The translations under genes and the position numbers were made by a program. Shown piece after piece: positions 1 to 10,300 of a DNA stretch of 64,000 nt. This DNA is from an uncultured archaeon (GTDB lineage: Archaea; Aenigmatarchaeota; Aenigmatarchaeia; PWEA01; JAGHBM01): positions 1-64,000 of the forward strand of contig CAZOZN010000004.1 in the NCBI GenBank assembly GCA_964584335.1. The letters run 5' to 3'. Position 1 is the stretch's first letter. Every line of letters starts with the position of its first letter. Below the pieces are notes generated by a model. The model was not told where the DNA came from. It did no database searches and worked only from the letters and a program-made list of their open reading frames with translations.

Positions 1-3000
1 CTATGACCGGGTCCACTTCAACTTTTACCCTGTAATTCCATGAAGTATTCCACCAGCTGTTATCCCCTTCTCCTGTCAGGTAGACCATAGAGTTTGGTCC
101 GTACTGGCTTTGCAGTGTCTTTACATTCATTTCAAGTTCAGGATTTACTTCAAAATTTTCTTTGTCGCTCACTGTAGTTCTTCCTGCAGTGTTGTTTGCT
201 GTTATTGTGTAGTTGTATATTCCGTAAAACCACGTGTTTGTTACATTAGCTTTGTATATGTCCGGGGTTTGGTTTGTCATTATTATTTCCTCGGTTGAGT
301 CGTCCGGGTAATATGCTGTAATAAAAACTTTATCTACGGATGATTCGTCGGTTACGTTTGCCTCAATCAATACTTTATGTCCGTAACCCACGGGCTGTGG
401 TGTTGCACTTGTGTTTGTTATAGTAGGTGCCGATTTTATGTCCAAGTCCAGTTCATTGTAAGAAGGATTAATCCATTTGCTACTGTCTCCCGAATAAGAT
501 GCGTTTATAGTATGTATTCCAAGCTGTGCATCATCCGGTATAGAATATTTTATAATTGCAGGAGAACCTGTAAGATTCCACCCAAGGTAATTTGATTCAG
601 TTTCGTCTGTAAATGAAATATTGTAACCATGCATTTCAGTACCATTATCGAACATTAGTGACGCCTGGAGTGTTATAGTTTCTCCCTGCTGAGGTTCGTT
701 GTTGCTGGATAAGAGATTATATACAAATGTATTTGCACTCAAGTTAAATCCATCACTGTCTGTAGAAATCGGTGAACCATCTGAAGAGGATTTTAATGTT
801 ATATTTAGAGGACCTATCTTTGAACCGTAACCGGCTGCGGTCATATTGTTCCAATATATCTCTCCCGAGTCCAATACCGATATTAATTTGTTTCTGTTGC
901 CACCTACAACATACCACCCTTCGGGCAAAGACCAATTCAACCAAACATTAGAAACTTTCCTACCGAGGTCATTTTTGACATAACCCCTGAACATATTCAC
1001 ATCATTTCTTGTTATTGTTGTTGTTGGTTTTTTTGTTATGTTTGTCTCCATTGGAAGGAAACTTTCCTCTGAAGACGCGTTTATTATACCATCTTTTTGT
1101 GAGTAGTATGATGCTTTAATCCATGCGGAACTTCTGGATACATTTGAAATTCTTACCTCGTCTATAAAACCGTCCGTATAGTCTCCGTGGAAGTTGCTTG
1201 CACCTATCCAAACGTATTCGTCTTGTGCTGTATCCAGTGACTGGGTACTTCCTCCAGTGCTTGTCTCAAGTAAGGAGTCCACATAAAGGTCATGGTCCTG
1301 AACATCTGGGTCACCGTCCTCTTCAAGAGTCACAACGAGATAATGCCAGTTCTGGTCCATGACATCTGTGCTCCCGTATTTCTGTCCGTTGTTGTTTTCA
1401 ACCCTGAAAGAATTATCATTTGATTCATCAGTCCTTACATCATATTTTTCACCTGCAATGTTAGTACCCCAGCTAATCATTCTATGATTTTCACCGCCAG
1501 CCACATTCGACTTATACCAGAAGCTCACGGTCCTGCTTTGCGTTCCCGTAACACCCTGATATGTGGAAAGCTCTATGACGTCGTTTCCCCCGTCAAGGTT
1601 TATTGAATTTCCTATAATTCCTGTGTCTTTCTCGTTTCCTTCAAATCCAGACGGAGTTCCGTTCCTTGCGTAAGAAGTAGAGTCGTACCTTGTGCCGGAT
1701 TCCTCTCCCAAGTGGTGAACAGTCATGTAGTTGCTGTCCCAAACACCCGACGGGTTCTGGGCGTCTGAAACAGTTGAGTTTCCATAATATATCCAGAACC
1801 TTGTTTCGGATGAGCTGTAAAGCGTGGGTATTTTAACCCACAGATAAGCTTTTTGTTCAGTTTGATTCCATTTTTCTATTTCGTAATCAAGCAAAGTTCC
1901 ATTTAATACAGGCCTTATGTCCTCCCCGTTGTTTTGGGTTCTAGAAAAGTTAAAGTTTGTAGAGTTCAGTTTTAAAAGAAGCGGAAAGTTTGTCAGGTCT
2001 TCATCTATATTTTCCTCTGATGCGGTCAACATTATTCTGTATGACCATCCGGAGTCCCACCAGGAGTACGTCCCTGGGTAAACTGTTATGGACTTGCTAG
2101 CATTGTTGTTGTTTTCATTGCTTTCGTCTATTGTGTTCTTCGGGTCCAGATAAACTTTAATTTGGTGTATTCCTGCTTCTCCTGTCGTATCCCAGTAAAC
2201 AAATGTGTTCTCACTGCTTGAATTTTCTATCAAGTTTATTGTCTTATTTTCTATGTTTTCCGTACCGTCGTAAAAGGCAACAAGAACATTTGTTGCATTA
2301 TTTTCGCCGTTGTTGTTTACCGTAGCATTAATCATTAAGTTTGCTCCTTCTTCTGGGGAGTTATCGCTGAATAATATATCATTTTCTGTTAAGTATAAAT
2401 CGGGTGGATTAACGGTTATACTTTTTGATAATTTGTTGTTTTCTTCATTACCCTCATTCTCTACATCAAAAGGATCAACCCAAACGTGTATGTTGTTATA
2501 TCCTGATTTCCCTGTCGTGTCCCATTCAACTGTTACGTTCTCGGAATTTCCTGGAGGCAGGGAAGATATAAACTTATCAACTCCTATCTGAGGATAGTCC
2601 GGGCTTGAAGGGTCATCTCCGGGGTCGCCTTCAAAAAATTTAATTCTCACGTTGCTTGGTGTAACTGACAGTCCAGTATTGTTTACAAGTGCAGTTATAT
2701 TTACATTCTCTCCCTCGATTGGTATTTTGTTGCTGAAATAAATTTCATTTGGTAACAAGTCAATGCCTGTTTCAACATCTATCGATTTGTAATTGATGTT
2801 ATTTGACTCATCATTTTCTGTTAACTTTTCTTCAGGGTCTATAGATATGTATATGTCATTTTCTCCAGATTTTCCTGATGTGTCCCAGGTAACATTAATA
2901 GTTGAGTTATCACCGGGCATCAAACCAGTTATGTATTTTGTGGAACCGATTTGCTCTCCCTGTGAAGGGTTGTTTCTGTATACTTTTACTTCGACCAATT

Positions 3001-6000
3001 CTATTTCTTCTGACCCCCCGTTTTTTATTGTAGCATTTATAATTACCAAGTCTCCTTCCATCGGCGTCGAATTACTAAATACAATATCAGTGGAATTTAT
3101 TGACGGGTCCGGAAGGCCTTCTTCGCTTCCGTAATATAACAAAGAGTCTGTCTGTGATTGGTATGATAAGTTAATCCATGCGGAACTTCTGGATACATTT
3201 GAAATTCTTACCTCGTCTATAAAACCGTCCGTATAGTCTCCGTGGAAGTTGCTTGCACCTATCCAAACGTATTCGTCTTGTGCTGTATCCAGTGACTGGG
3301 TACTTCCTCCAGTGCTTGTCTCAAGTAAGGAGTCCACATAAAGGTCATGGTCCTGAACATCTGGGTCACCGTCCTCTTCAAGAGTCACAACGAGATAATG
3401 CCAGTTCTGGTCCATGACATCTGTGCTCCCGTATTTCTGTCCTCCTTGGTTCTCGACCCTGAACGAATCGCTATTTCCGTTGTCTGTCCTTACATCATAT
3501 TTTTCACCGTCACTGTTAGTACCCCAGCTTACAAGTCTGTGATTTTCTCCATCCAAAACATCCGACTTATACCAGAAGCTCACGGTCCTGCTTTGCGTTC
3601 CCGCAACACCCTGATACGTGGAAAGCTCTATGACGTCGTTGTCTCCATCCAGGCTTAAGGATTTTCCTATCTTACCTTCACCTTTCTCGTCTCCGTCAAA
3701 GTTCATCGGGTTCCCGTTCCTTGCGTAAGAAGTAGAGTCGTACCTTGTGCCGGATTCCTCTCCCAAGTGGTGAACAGTCATGTAGTTGCTGTCCCAAACA
3801 CCTGAAGGGTTCTGTGAATCAATACCATTTTCATTGCCGTAATAAATCCAAATAACTGTGTCCGTGGTGTTTGATACTGTCGGGATTCTTACCCATATCT
3901 CTGATTCATTGTCTGTCTGGTTCCATCTTTCTATTTCATAATCAAGCTCTCCGTTGTGCGAGCCGTTTAAGAATCTTATATCCTCTCCGTTTGATTTTGC
4001 ATTTGTAAATTCAAAGTTTGTTTCATTAAGCCTTACAAGAACCGGGAAGTTGTACAATTCTTTTGAAACCTTATTAGAGGGAATTGTTATGTTTATTCTG
4101 TAGCTCCATGTTGAATTCCACCAGTCAGATTCACTCGGATAAACCGCAATTTCTTTGTTTGCCAGATTGTTGCCCTCGTTCCTTTCGTCTATTTTATCGC
4201 TTGGGTCTACAATCACGTATATTTCCTTTATTCCATTGTATCCTGTAGTGTTCCAAACCACTTCAACTTTCTTAGTTTCCCCGTTGTTTATTCCTTCTAT
4301 TGTCTGGTTCGACCCTATCTGGTCACCAAGCGAAGGAGTTCCTACAAAGAACTGCACAGTTATATTTTCTGTGGTACTTTTTCCAATATTTCCTACGGAA
4401 GCGTTTATTTTAACGTAATCTCCCTCTTGGGGATTTGTTATATTGAAATTTATATTGCCAGATGTTATTTGGAGGTCGGGCAAATCGTATTCTTCTCCGT
4501 ATCCCAGTAATCGGTTTTTCCCTGAATAATAGGTTGCATTAATCCAGTCCCCTGATACTGTTTTATTCATGAACCTGACTTCATCTATTGTTCCGTTGAA
4601 ATAAAACCATCCACCGGGTGTTGAATAGCTTGTCCAGCCACCCTCAGTATAACCCACTCCTATTTGATAGTAGTATGTTGTGGCATATGCAGTTTGTGAT
4701 ATTCCTGAATCGGATCCTTCCTCTATACCGTCTATATATACTCTTTCATTATTTCCGTCATATGTTACGACAGCATGGTGCCAGTTACCATCATTAACCA
4801 CTACATTAGTTTCTATTGGGTCTACTGAACCGAACCAGAATATTTCCGCATAAAGCTCTCCATCTTCCCCTACCCAAAGACCGGGAACCCATCCGCTTGG
4901 ATCCCCTTCGGGTTGAGCATCCTCTTGCTGGCCGAACAAAACACCACTGTCTTCTGTTTTAAACCATACAGATAGTGTCATTGGATCGTTTCCAGTTCCT
5001 GAGGTGGGATAATAATCTATAAAGTTCTGGGGTATTTCTATATAATCATCAATTCCTTCAAAACTATCTCCTCCGTCTACAATTCCCTCCGAGTCCATTC
5101 CAGAATCCGGGGAAATTTGTTCTGTCCCGTGTTTTTCGTTCGATGTAGAGTCGTTGGCATTACCGCTGGTGTGTGAAAGGTGCCAGACGCCGTCGTAATT
5201 GTCCATCCAGACCCCGTTTTTATTCTGGCCATCCTCTGCTTCCTGGTTTCCATAATACATCCATAAAACTGTATCAGAATTACTTGAAACTTCGGGCACA
5301 TTAACCCATATTTTCCCGTCTTCTGTTATAGGATCCCAGTATTCTATCTCGTGATAAAGCTCTCCGTCTTGTGTGTTATTGAGAAATCTTATGTCTTCTC
5401 CATTATTCTGGGCTCTGGAGAAGTTGAAGTTTGTGGAGTTAAGGCTCACTAGGACAGGCAAATCGTTTAGGTCTTGGCCTATTTTTGATGATTCTATTGT
5501 AATGTTTTTTGCATAGTTCCATGATGAGTTCCACCAGCTCCCCCCTCCGGGGTCCAGAGCGATAAACTTGCTGGGCCTGTTGTCAGTCTCATATTCAAAA
5601 TATTCCCAAGTCCCTGGCTGGTGCGGAACCCTGTAAAGGTAAACAGTCTGCTCAGGAGAAGGCAAAACAGATCTGTCCAGCAAATTAAGGTCCGTACTTA
5701 CACCGAAGGAACCTATCTGATTCTTTATCGAGTCGTACCAACCGCTTTCCCACTTCTCTAAAAAGTTTTTTGTCACAAAGAAAGACTCAGGCTCGTCGTA
5801 AACTTCCTCCTCGTAAACAATCCTTTCTATGTAAGGATAATTTACTTTTGTGTAGTTCCCCTTCAGCTCTTCCGATTCCTCGTCGAAATAAATAGGCATA
5901 TAATCAGCTTCTGCAGCCCCCTGGAAATCGTTCCTAACATCTCCCTTGTAGTAGGTTATGTTATCCCTTTCTATGTTTTTTGTTTTGTTCACTAGGTGCC

Positions 6001-6796
6001 AAGCCCTGAAGCCCTTCAGCTTTCCGGAGGTGGTGATTGCAACATAACTGAAATCCTTTTCCCTCTTGTTGAAGAGCCTGTAGCTTATTTTTTGTGTTAT
6101 GGGGGATGTGGTATGCGATATAATTTCCATGTTAGTGTCATAAGAGGAAATATTGTATTTTTTTCTTGTTATTGTTTCAGTTTTAGCACCGAAGAAACCC
6201 ATTCCGTCTACCGAGTCCTTTGGGTTTATTTTATTTTTTATTTTTATTTCCTTTATTTTTAATCTTACTGTTGTCGATGTGGGTTTCCATGAAGTAGTCT
6301 CTTTTGTAGTTGTAGTAAACGTTATTGATGTTTGGCTTGTCTCGTTTGTATTAATAGTTGTTGTAGTATTTGCTGTTGATGTTGTAGTCTGTGTAGTCGT
6401 CGTTATCTGTGTCAGTATTTTACCGTTTTTTACAACAAAGACTTTTGATGCTTTTTCTTTTCCCGATCTTAACAAAGTCTCGTATTGACCATCTTCCGGC
6501 ATTGGTATGAATAAGTTATATGTACCGGTGTGGTCTGTGCTGGTAAGCCTTTCAAATATTTTTTCCTGTTTCGAATCAAATATATCTATAGAAAAGGGTC
6601 TGTTTACAGGTCCCTTTATACGGATTCCCATTGTACTCGGTAGCTCTTCAAGTTCTATTGAAAAATTATCCGATGAAAGAGTTGTTGTCGCAAACAAAGG
6701 TATGACCAACAAGAAAAGGACTAGAGAAAATTCTGTATAGCTTTTTCTATTAGATTCTTTTTTGCTTCTTTTTGTTTTCAGTCCTTTTTTATTCAT
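1..6796 (-). CDS. Giant secreted/surface adhesin-like protein (>2265 aa, runs off the window): signal/TM, Thr-rich linker, repeated DUF2341 + LamG-like + CARDB/Ig-like modules
   Basis: Absent from the ORF track because there is no stop in the window. ATG at 6796 (MNKKGLKTKRSKKESNRKSYTEFSLVLFLLVIPLFATTT). The same frame reads WWNTSWNYRVKVEVDPVI at the window edge. WWNxxW..NIT..FPVLV..DIRF..YEIE..IWV modules, IDEVRISNVSRSSAWI LamG ends and INASVGNIG CARDB-like motifs are visible. Translated in sections, not every codon. Confidence 0.88.
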   Translation of the reverse strand, partial: MNKKGLKTKRSKKESNRKSYTEFSLVLFLLVIPLFATTTLSSDNFSIELEELPSTMGIRIKGPVNRPFSIDIFDSKQEKIFERLTSTDHTGTYNLFIPMPEDGQYETLLRSGKEKASKVFVVKNGKILTQITTTTQTTTSTANTTTTINTNETSQTSITFTTTTKETTSWKPTSTTVRLKIKEIKIKNKINPKDSVDGMGFFGAKTETITRKKYNISSYDTNMEIISHTTSPITQKISYRLFNKREKDFSYVAITTSGKLKGFRAWHLVNKTKNIERDNITYYKGDVRNDFQGAAEADYMPIYFDEESEELKGNYTKVNYPYIERIVYEEEVYDEPESFFVTKNFLEKWESGWYDSIKNQIGSFGVSTDLNLLDRSVLPSPEQTVYLYRVPHQPGTWEYFEYETDNRPSKFIALDPGGGSWWNSSWNYAKNITIESSKIGQDLNDLPVLVSLNSTNFNFSRAQNNGEDIRFLNNTQDGELYHEIEYWDPITEDGKIWVNVPEVSSNSDTVLWMYYGNQEAEDGQNKNGVWMDNYDGVWHLSHTSGNANDSTSNEKHGTEQISPDSGMDSEGIVDGGDSFEGIDDYIEIPQNFIDYYPTSGTGNDPMTLSVWFKTEDSGVLFGQQEDAQPEGDPSGWVPGLWVGEDGELYAEIFWFGSVDPIETNVVVNDGNWHHAVVTYDGNNERVYIDGIEEGSDSGISQTAYATTYYYQIGVGYTEGGWTSYSTPGGWFYFNGTIDEVRFMNKTVSGDWINATYYSGKNRLLGYGEEYDLPDLQITSGNINFNITNPQEGDYVKINASVGNIGKSTTENITVQFFVGTPSLGDQIGSNQTIEGINNGETKKVEVVWNTTGYNGIKEIYVIVDPSDKIDERNEGNNLANKEIAVYPSESDWWNSTWSYRINITIPSNKVSKELYNFPVLVRLNETNFEFTNAKSNGEDIRFLNGSHNGELDYEIERWNQTDNESEIWVRIPTVSNTTDTVIWIYYGNENGIDSQNPSGVWDSNYMTVHHLGEESGTRYDSTSYARNGNPMNFDGDEKGEGKIGKSLSLDGDNDVIELSTYQGVAGTQSRTVSFWYKSDVLDGENHRLVSWGTNSDGEKYDVRTDNGNSDSFRVENQGGQKYGSTDVMDQNWHYLVVTLEEDGDPDVQDHDLYVDSLLETSTGGSTQSLDTAQDEYVWIGASNFHGDYTDGFIDEVRISNVSRSSAWINLSYQSQTDSLLYYGSEEGLPDPSINSTDIVFSNSTPMEGDLVIINATIKNGGSEEIELVEVKVYRNNPSQGEQIGSTKYITGLMPGDNSTINVTWDTSGKSGENDIYISIDPEEKLTENDESNNINYKSIDVETGIDLLPNEIYFSNKIPIEGENVNITALVNNTGLSVTPSNVRIKFFEGDPGDDPSSPDYPQIGVDKFISSLPPGNSENVTVEWDTTGKSGYNNIHVWVDPFDVENEGNEENNKLSKSITVNPPDLYLTENDILFSDNSPEEGANLMINATVNNNGENNATNVLVAFYDGTENIENKTINLIENSSSENTFVYWDTTGEAGIHQIKVYLDPKNTIDESNENNNNASKSITVYPGTYSWWDSGWSYRIMLTASEENIDEDLTNFPLLLKLNSTNFNFSRTQNNGEDIRPVLNGTLLDYEIEKWNQTEQKAYLWVKIPTLYSSSETRFWIYYGNSTVSDAQNPSGVWDSNYMTVHHLGEESGTRYDSTSYARNGTPSGFEGNEKDTGIIGNSINLDGGNDVIELSTYQGVTGTQSRTVSFWYKSNVAGGENHRMISWGTNIAGEKYDVRTDESNDNSFRVENNNGQKYGSTDVMDQNWHYLVVTLEEDGDPDVQDHDLYVDSLLETSTGGSTQSLDTAQDEYVWIGASNFHGDYTDGFIDEVRISNVSRSSAWIKASYYSQKDGIINASSEESFLPMETNITKKPTTTITRNDVNMFRGYVKNDLGRKVSNVWLNWSLPEGWYVVGGNRNKLISVLDSGEIYWNNMTAAGYGSKIGPLNITLKSSSDGSPISTDSDGFNLSANTFVYNLLSSNNEPQQGETITLQASLMFDNGTEMHGYNISFTDETESNYLGWNLTGSPAIIKYSIPDDAQLGIHTINASYSGDSSKWINPSYNELDLDIKSAPTITNTSATPQPVGYGHKVLIEANVTDESSVDKVFITAYYPDDSTEEIIMTNQTPDIYKANVTNTWFYGIYNYTITANNTAGRTTVSDKENFEVNPELEMNVKTLQSQYGPNSMVYLTGEGDNSWWNTSWNYRVKVEVDPVI
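1116..1747. repeat. Intragenic direct repeat copy A (LamG-like domain); partner 3171-3802
   Basis: Constant offset 2055. 1116-1387 and 1659-1747 are identical to the partner, with patchy divergence in between. Confidence 0.95.
3171..3802. repeat. Intragenic direct repeat copy B (LamG-like domain)
   Basis: Aligns without gaps to 1116-1747. Confidence 0.95.
5528..6094. repeat. 567-bp direct repeat copy 1 (same as 13361-13927)
   Basis: Runs from gttccaccagctcccccc to tagcttattttttg, offset 7833. No mismatch seen by eye; flanks diverge abruptly. Confidence 0.95.
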
Positions 6797-6799
6797 TTT

Positions 6800-7216
6800 T
6801 TATTCACATTTTTTTATTGCGTCTTCTTTTGTTATTCCTATACAAACGAAGGTCTTTTCTCCAACGAAGTCGGCCTCGTTATTTTCAACTACTATTTCCC
6901 ACTTACCAACTCTTACCGCCCTTACGTTAATCTTCTGCATGCCACCCGAATATTCCAGCTCACCTCCCAGGTGTTCCAGACCTCTTGGTATCTTAATCTT
7001 GGTCCCTTTTACTACAGGCTCTACAGACCATTCAATCTGAGTTTCTTCACCTATAGACATTACGAAATTTCCATTTTCTTTTTCCATGTTTTTAAAATCA
7101 AAACTCGCGTCTATCTTCGTTTCTTTATTTCCCATAATTGATATCAAAAAAACTAGAATAATACCGGCCAGTATTATTGTTATGCCGAGCCAATTTTTCT
7201 TTATACTTTTTTTCAT
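6800..7216 (-). CDS. Small membrane-anchored protein (N-terminal TM, beta-rich ectodomain)
   Basis: 138-aa ORF with hydrophobic N-terminus and SD-like GAGGTG; its stop lies 3 nt before the giant gene start. Confidence 0.8.
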   Translation of the reverse strand: MKKSIKKNWLGITIILAGIILVFLISIMGNKETKIDASFDFKNMEKENGNFVMSIGEETQIEWSVEPVVKGTKIKIPRGLEHLGGELEYSGGMQKINVRAVRVGKWEIVVENNEADFVGEKTFVCIGITKEDAIKKCE

Positions 7217-7239
7217 TTTAGCACCTCTTTTTGGTTTGG

Positions 7240-7332
7240 TATGGCCGGGAAGAGGTAGGTTGGGTATTAGAGATGGGGGTAAATATAAGAGATTTTAAAT
7301 TAATCTCCTTTTTCTCTAACTTCCCGGCCATA
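7240..7332. other. Intergenic nested inverted repeat / structured element
   Basis: TATGGCCGGGAAG (7240-7252) pairs with CTTCCCGGCCATA (7320-7332); inner stems TTAGAGA/TCTCTAA and GAGATT/AATCTC. Confidence 0.7.
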
Positions 7333-7348
7333 TATTTATTTAATACGA

Positions 7349-10300
7349 TTACCATGTTGCATTCGCCTTTATTGTCATTGTACCTTGGTAGTTCTGGTTC
7401 ATGAGACCGTAAGGCACATCTATCCAATAATAAGTTGTCAGGTTCTGACCAGATTGAATATCGGTGTCCATCAATGAATATGACAGACTCATTTTAGTTT
7501 CTGTTGAAGGATTGTTTTGAAAACTCCATGATATGTTGCCCGGACCTATGTAGTAGTTTGGCCACTCAGAACCGAACATCCTTTCACTTTTTATCCACAA
7601 AAAGTCGAAGTTGTTGCTGTTTGGGTCGATGGATATATTATATATATTGTTTGTATTGTTTTTCGCCGGCTGTCCGAGTTCTCCCGGATCCAGGACCCCG
7701 AAGTTTATCGTGTCAAAAGTGAAATTCATCATAAGGATTTTGCCTATCTCTACTGTCGAATTTTCTGTGTGATTTGTTTGAGAAGAACAGTTGAATTTTA
7801 CCCCCAGCTTATATTTGTCTCCAAGATTTCCTGTTGAATTTACTTTCCACAACATAGTGCAGTTTTCTCCCTGACTTAAAGTGCAAAATTGGGGATTCGA
7901 GTCAAATGTATAAAAAGGGTTTCCCGCGTTTTGAGGTATTGAAGTATCGGGATTGGTAGAAGTTGAATTAAATCTTACACCTCCCTCTACGCTTCCGCAG
8001 TCACCTCCCCTACAGATAACGGTTGCGTTTACAGTGAAATTTTTGCCGTAGGGTACTATAGTGTTTTCTTTTGGCTCCGACAAAATAACACTCAAGTTCA
8101 CCGGGTCACCTCCCCCATAAGAGTCGAAAACGGTCACATTAAACCATATGTGTGTTGAGTTTTCTTGGCTTTGGTAATCAGAAGACTCGTTTATTTCCCA
8201 GACAGAACAGTTTGATGTTGTGAAGTTCCATTCAGTGCAATGAAGAATGTACGGAACACCCATTCCCGACCTAGGAAGGAAAATTTCAGCGTATTCGTAA
8301 CCTACCGCAAGTTCCTCCTGCGAATATATGGCTGTTAATTCTGATATTCCCACCGGAGCGTATCCTGAATAATCCTCCTTTACCTGAGATGTTATGTTTA
8401 TGTTCTGGGAGACGTTTACATTTTTTAGTAAAGTCTTTTGGTTTCCTGAGATAAGAGGGGTGTTTATGATTATATCGTAAAGTTGATTTTGCTCAACATT
8501 CAGGTTTAAACTGTCCTGTCCCTGTCCTATCATTTGACCGGTAGAGTTGTAAACTAATATGTTTGAATTGTATCCGAAATCAACACTCACGTTTATGCTT
8601 ATGTTAAAACCTTCAGTGACTGTAAAAGAGTATGTATCTGAGGTATTCCAGTTACCGTCTGTATCATTCGCATAGACTTTCCACCTTATTATAGAGCCTG
8701 TAGTTGAATTTGTTACTCTGGTTTCGTTTGACCAGTCTTCTTTTCCTCCGGTAGGGAACTGTGTCCAACCCGTACCGTTTGAGAATGTGCCGGTTCCGTT
8801 ATCGAAGCTAAAAACGTACCCGCTCAGCCCGGAATCGTCCGTCCATCTCAATGAAAATTTAACAGGTTCACCTCCTTCTGTAGAGTTGGTAAATTCTTCC
8901 CGGAATTTTGGAGCGCTTCCTATGCTGACTTCTCTGGATGAGAAATCCATGTTTCCTTTTTGGTCGATAGCCCATGCTGTGTATGTGTAGTTTCCGTCCT
9001 CCAGTTCGGTAAAGTTTCTGTACAGCTGGAAATTTTTATTGTCGTAAAGTGACCTTACCTCCTGCTGGCTCAAGGCGCGGTCAAAAATAAGGGCTTCGTC
9101 AATCGCCCCGTAAAAGTTGCCTGAACCCAAGTCACTGTCTCTTCCTATAGTGGGAGAGGCTGAGAATGCTGCAAGGCTTCCGGTTGTTGAGTTTGCAAGA
9201 ACAAGATTACCATCATAGTAAACTCTTTGTATCTGGTCTGAGTTCTTGAAAGTAAGAACAACGTGGTGCCATTCGTTTTCTTCTACTGGATATGAATCTG
9301 TGCAGGTATAGCTTCCTGAAGATGCCACGCATGCATAAAGACCCTCGCTTTTTGTTGCAATAAACCAGAAGTTTGATGAACCGCCTCTTTTTGATAATAT
9401 CTTGTTGTAACTTCCTGTCAATCCTCTCTGGTATATCCATGCTGAAAGTGTAAGCTCCTCTAGGCCGTTGAATTCGCTCCCGTCCGTTATTGCTATGTAG
9501 TCATCCTGCCCGTCGAACTCCAGTGCCTTTCCGAATTTTCCTGTTGTTATATTATCTGAACCGAAATTGTTTCCCGTGAAAGAACCGATATTTTTATGTG
9601 TTGAATTGTCGTAAATACCTGTTGAGCTGTTGTATTCAAAGGACCAGTAACCAAGAAGTGAACGGTTCCAGTCAAAGAAAGCAGTGTTGTTCGAATGATC
9701 TGATATTTCCGTTTTTAGGTAAACCCAGTCTTGTTTTTTCTTCTCTCCCGGTAGCGGGGTGGGTGAAATCCAGTTTATTTGTGGCGGATAAATATCCTGA
9801 GTTACGTTAGCGTAATATGTAACATAACTTGAAGTATAATTTTCATCGCCGTTGAAATATCCTGTTATGTTAAATACCCCTTCGCCGGAAAGTATAGTAT
9901 AATTTACGAGAGGGGAAGAGCCTGACTGCAGAATCCAGCCCGTCATGTTCGTGTCAAGATAAACATCACCACTTAGGTTTAAGCCGACAGTGAAGTTTGC
10001 ATAACCTCCCAGGGTATATTTCTTATCATCTTCCGTTCCGTTTAGATAAAGATTCGTAACGCTTGTTCCCTTTTTTACCTCTATGATTAATGAATCTCCT
10101 ATCGAAATTGAAGTCCAGTTCTGGCCTTCACTGCAGTTCAACCTGTAACTGTAGATTCCTGCTCCCAGAGATTTTGTATCAGAAGCGGGAGCTACTCCAA
10201 GAGAAGAGCTCAAAATAGTATTTTCCCTCCAGAATGTGTAGTTTATGTCTTTGTCTCCCCCGTTTGATTCTGAAGGCTGAATGTTGACATTTTCTGGGTA

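Noticed and set aside
1388-1658. Diversity-generating retroelement TR/VR pair (versus 3443-3713)
   Set aside because: Differences involve all four bases rather than adenines only, both copies are coding, and there is no reverse transcriptase in the window.
110-6740. Short ORFs listed in the track over this region
   Set aside because: They are antisense or off-frame shadows of the giant minus-strand gene. The same applies to the short ORFs overlapping other long genes.
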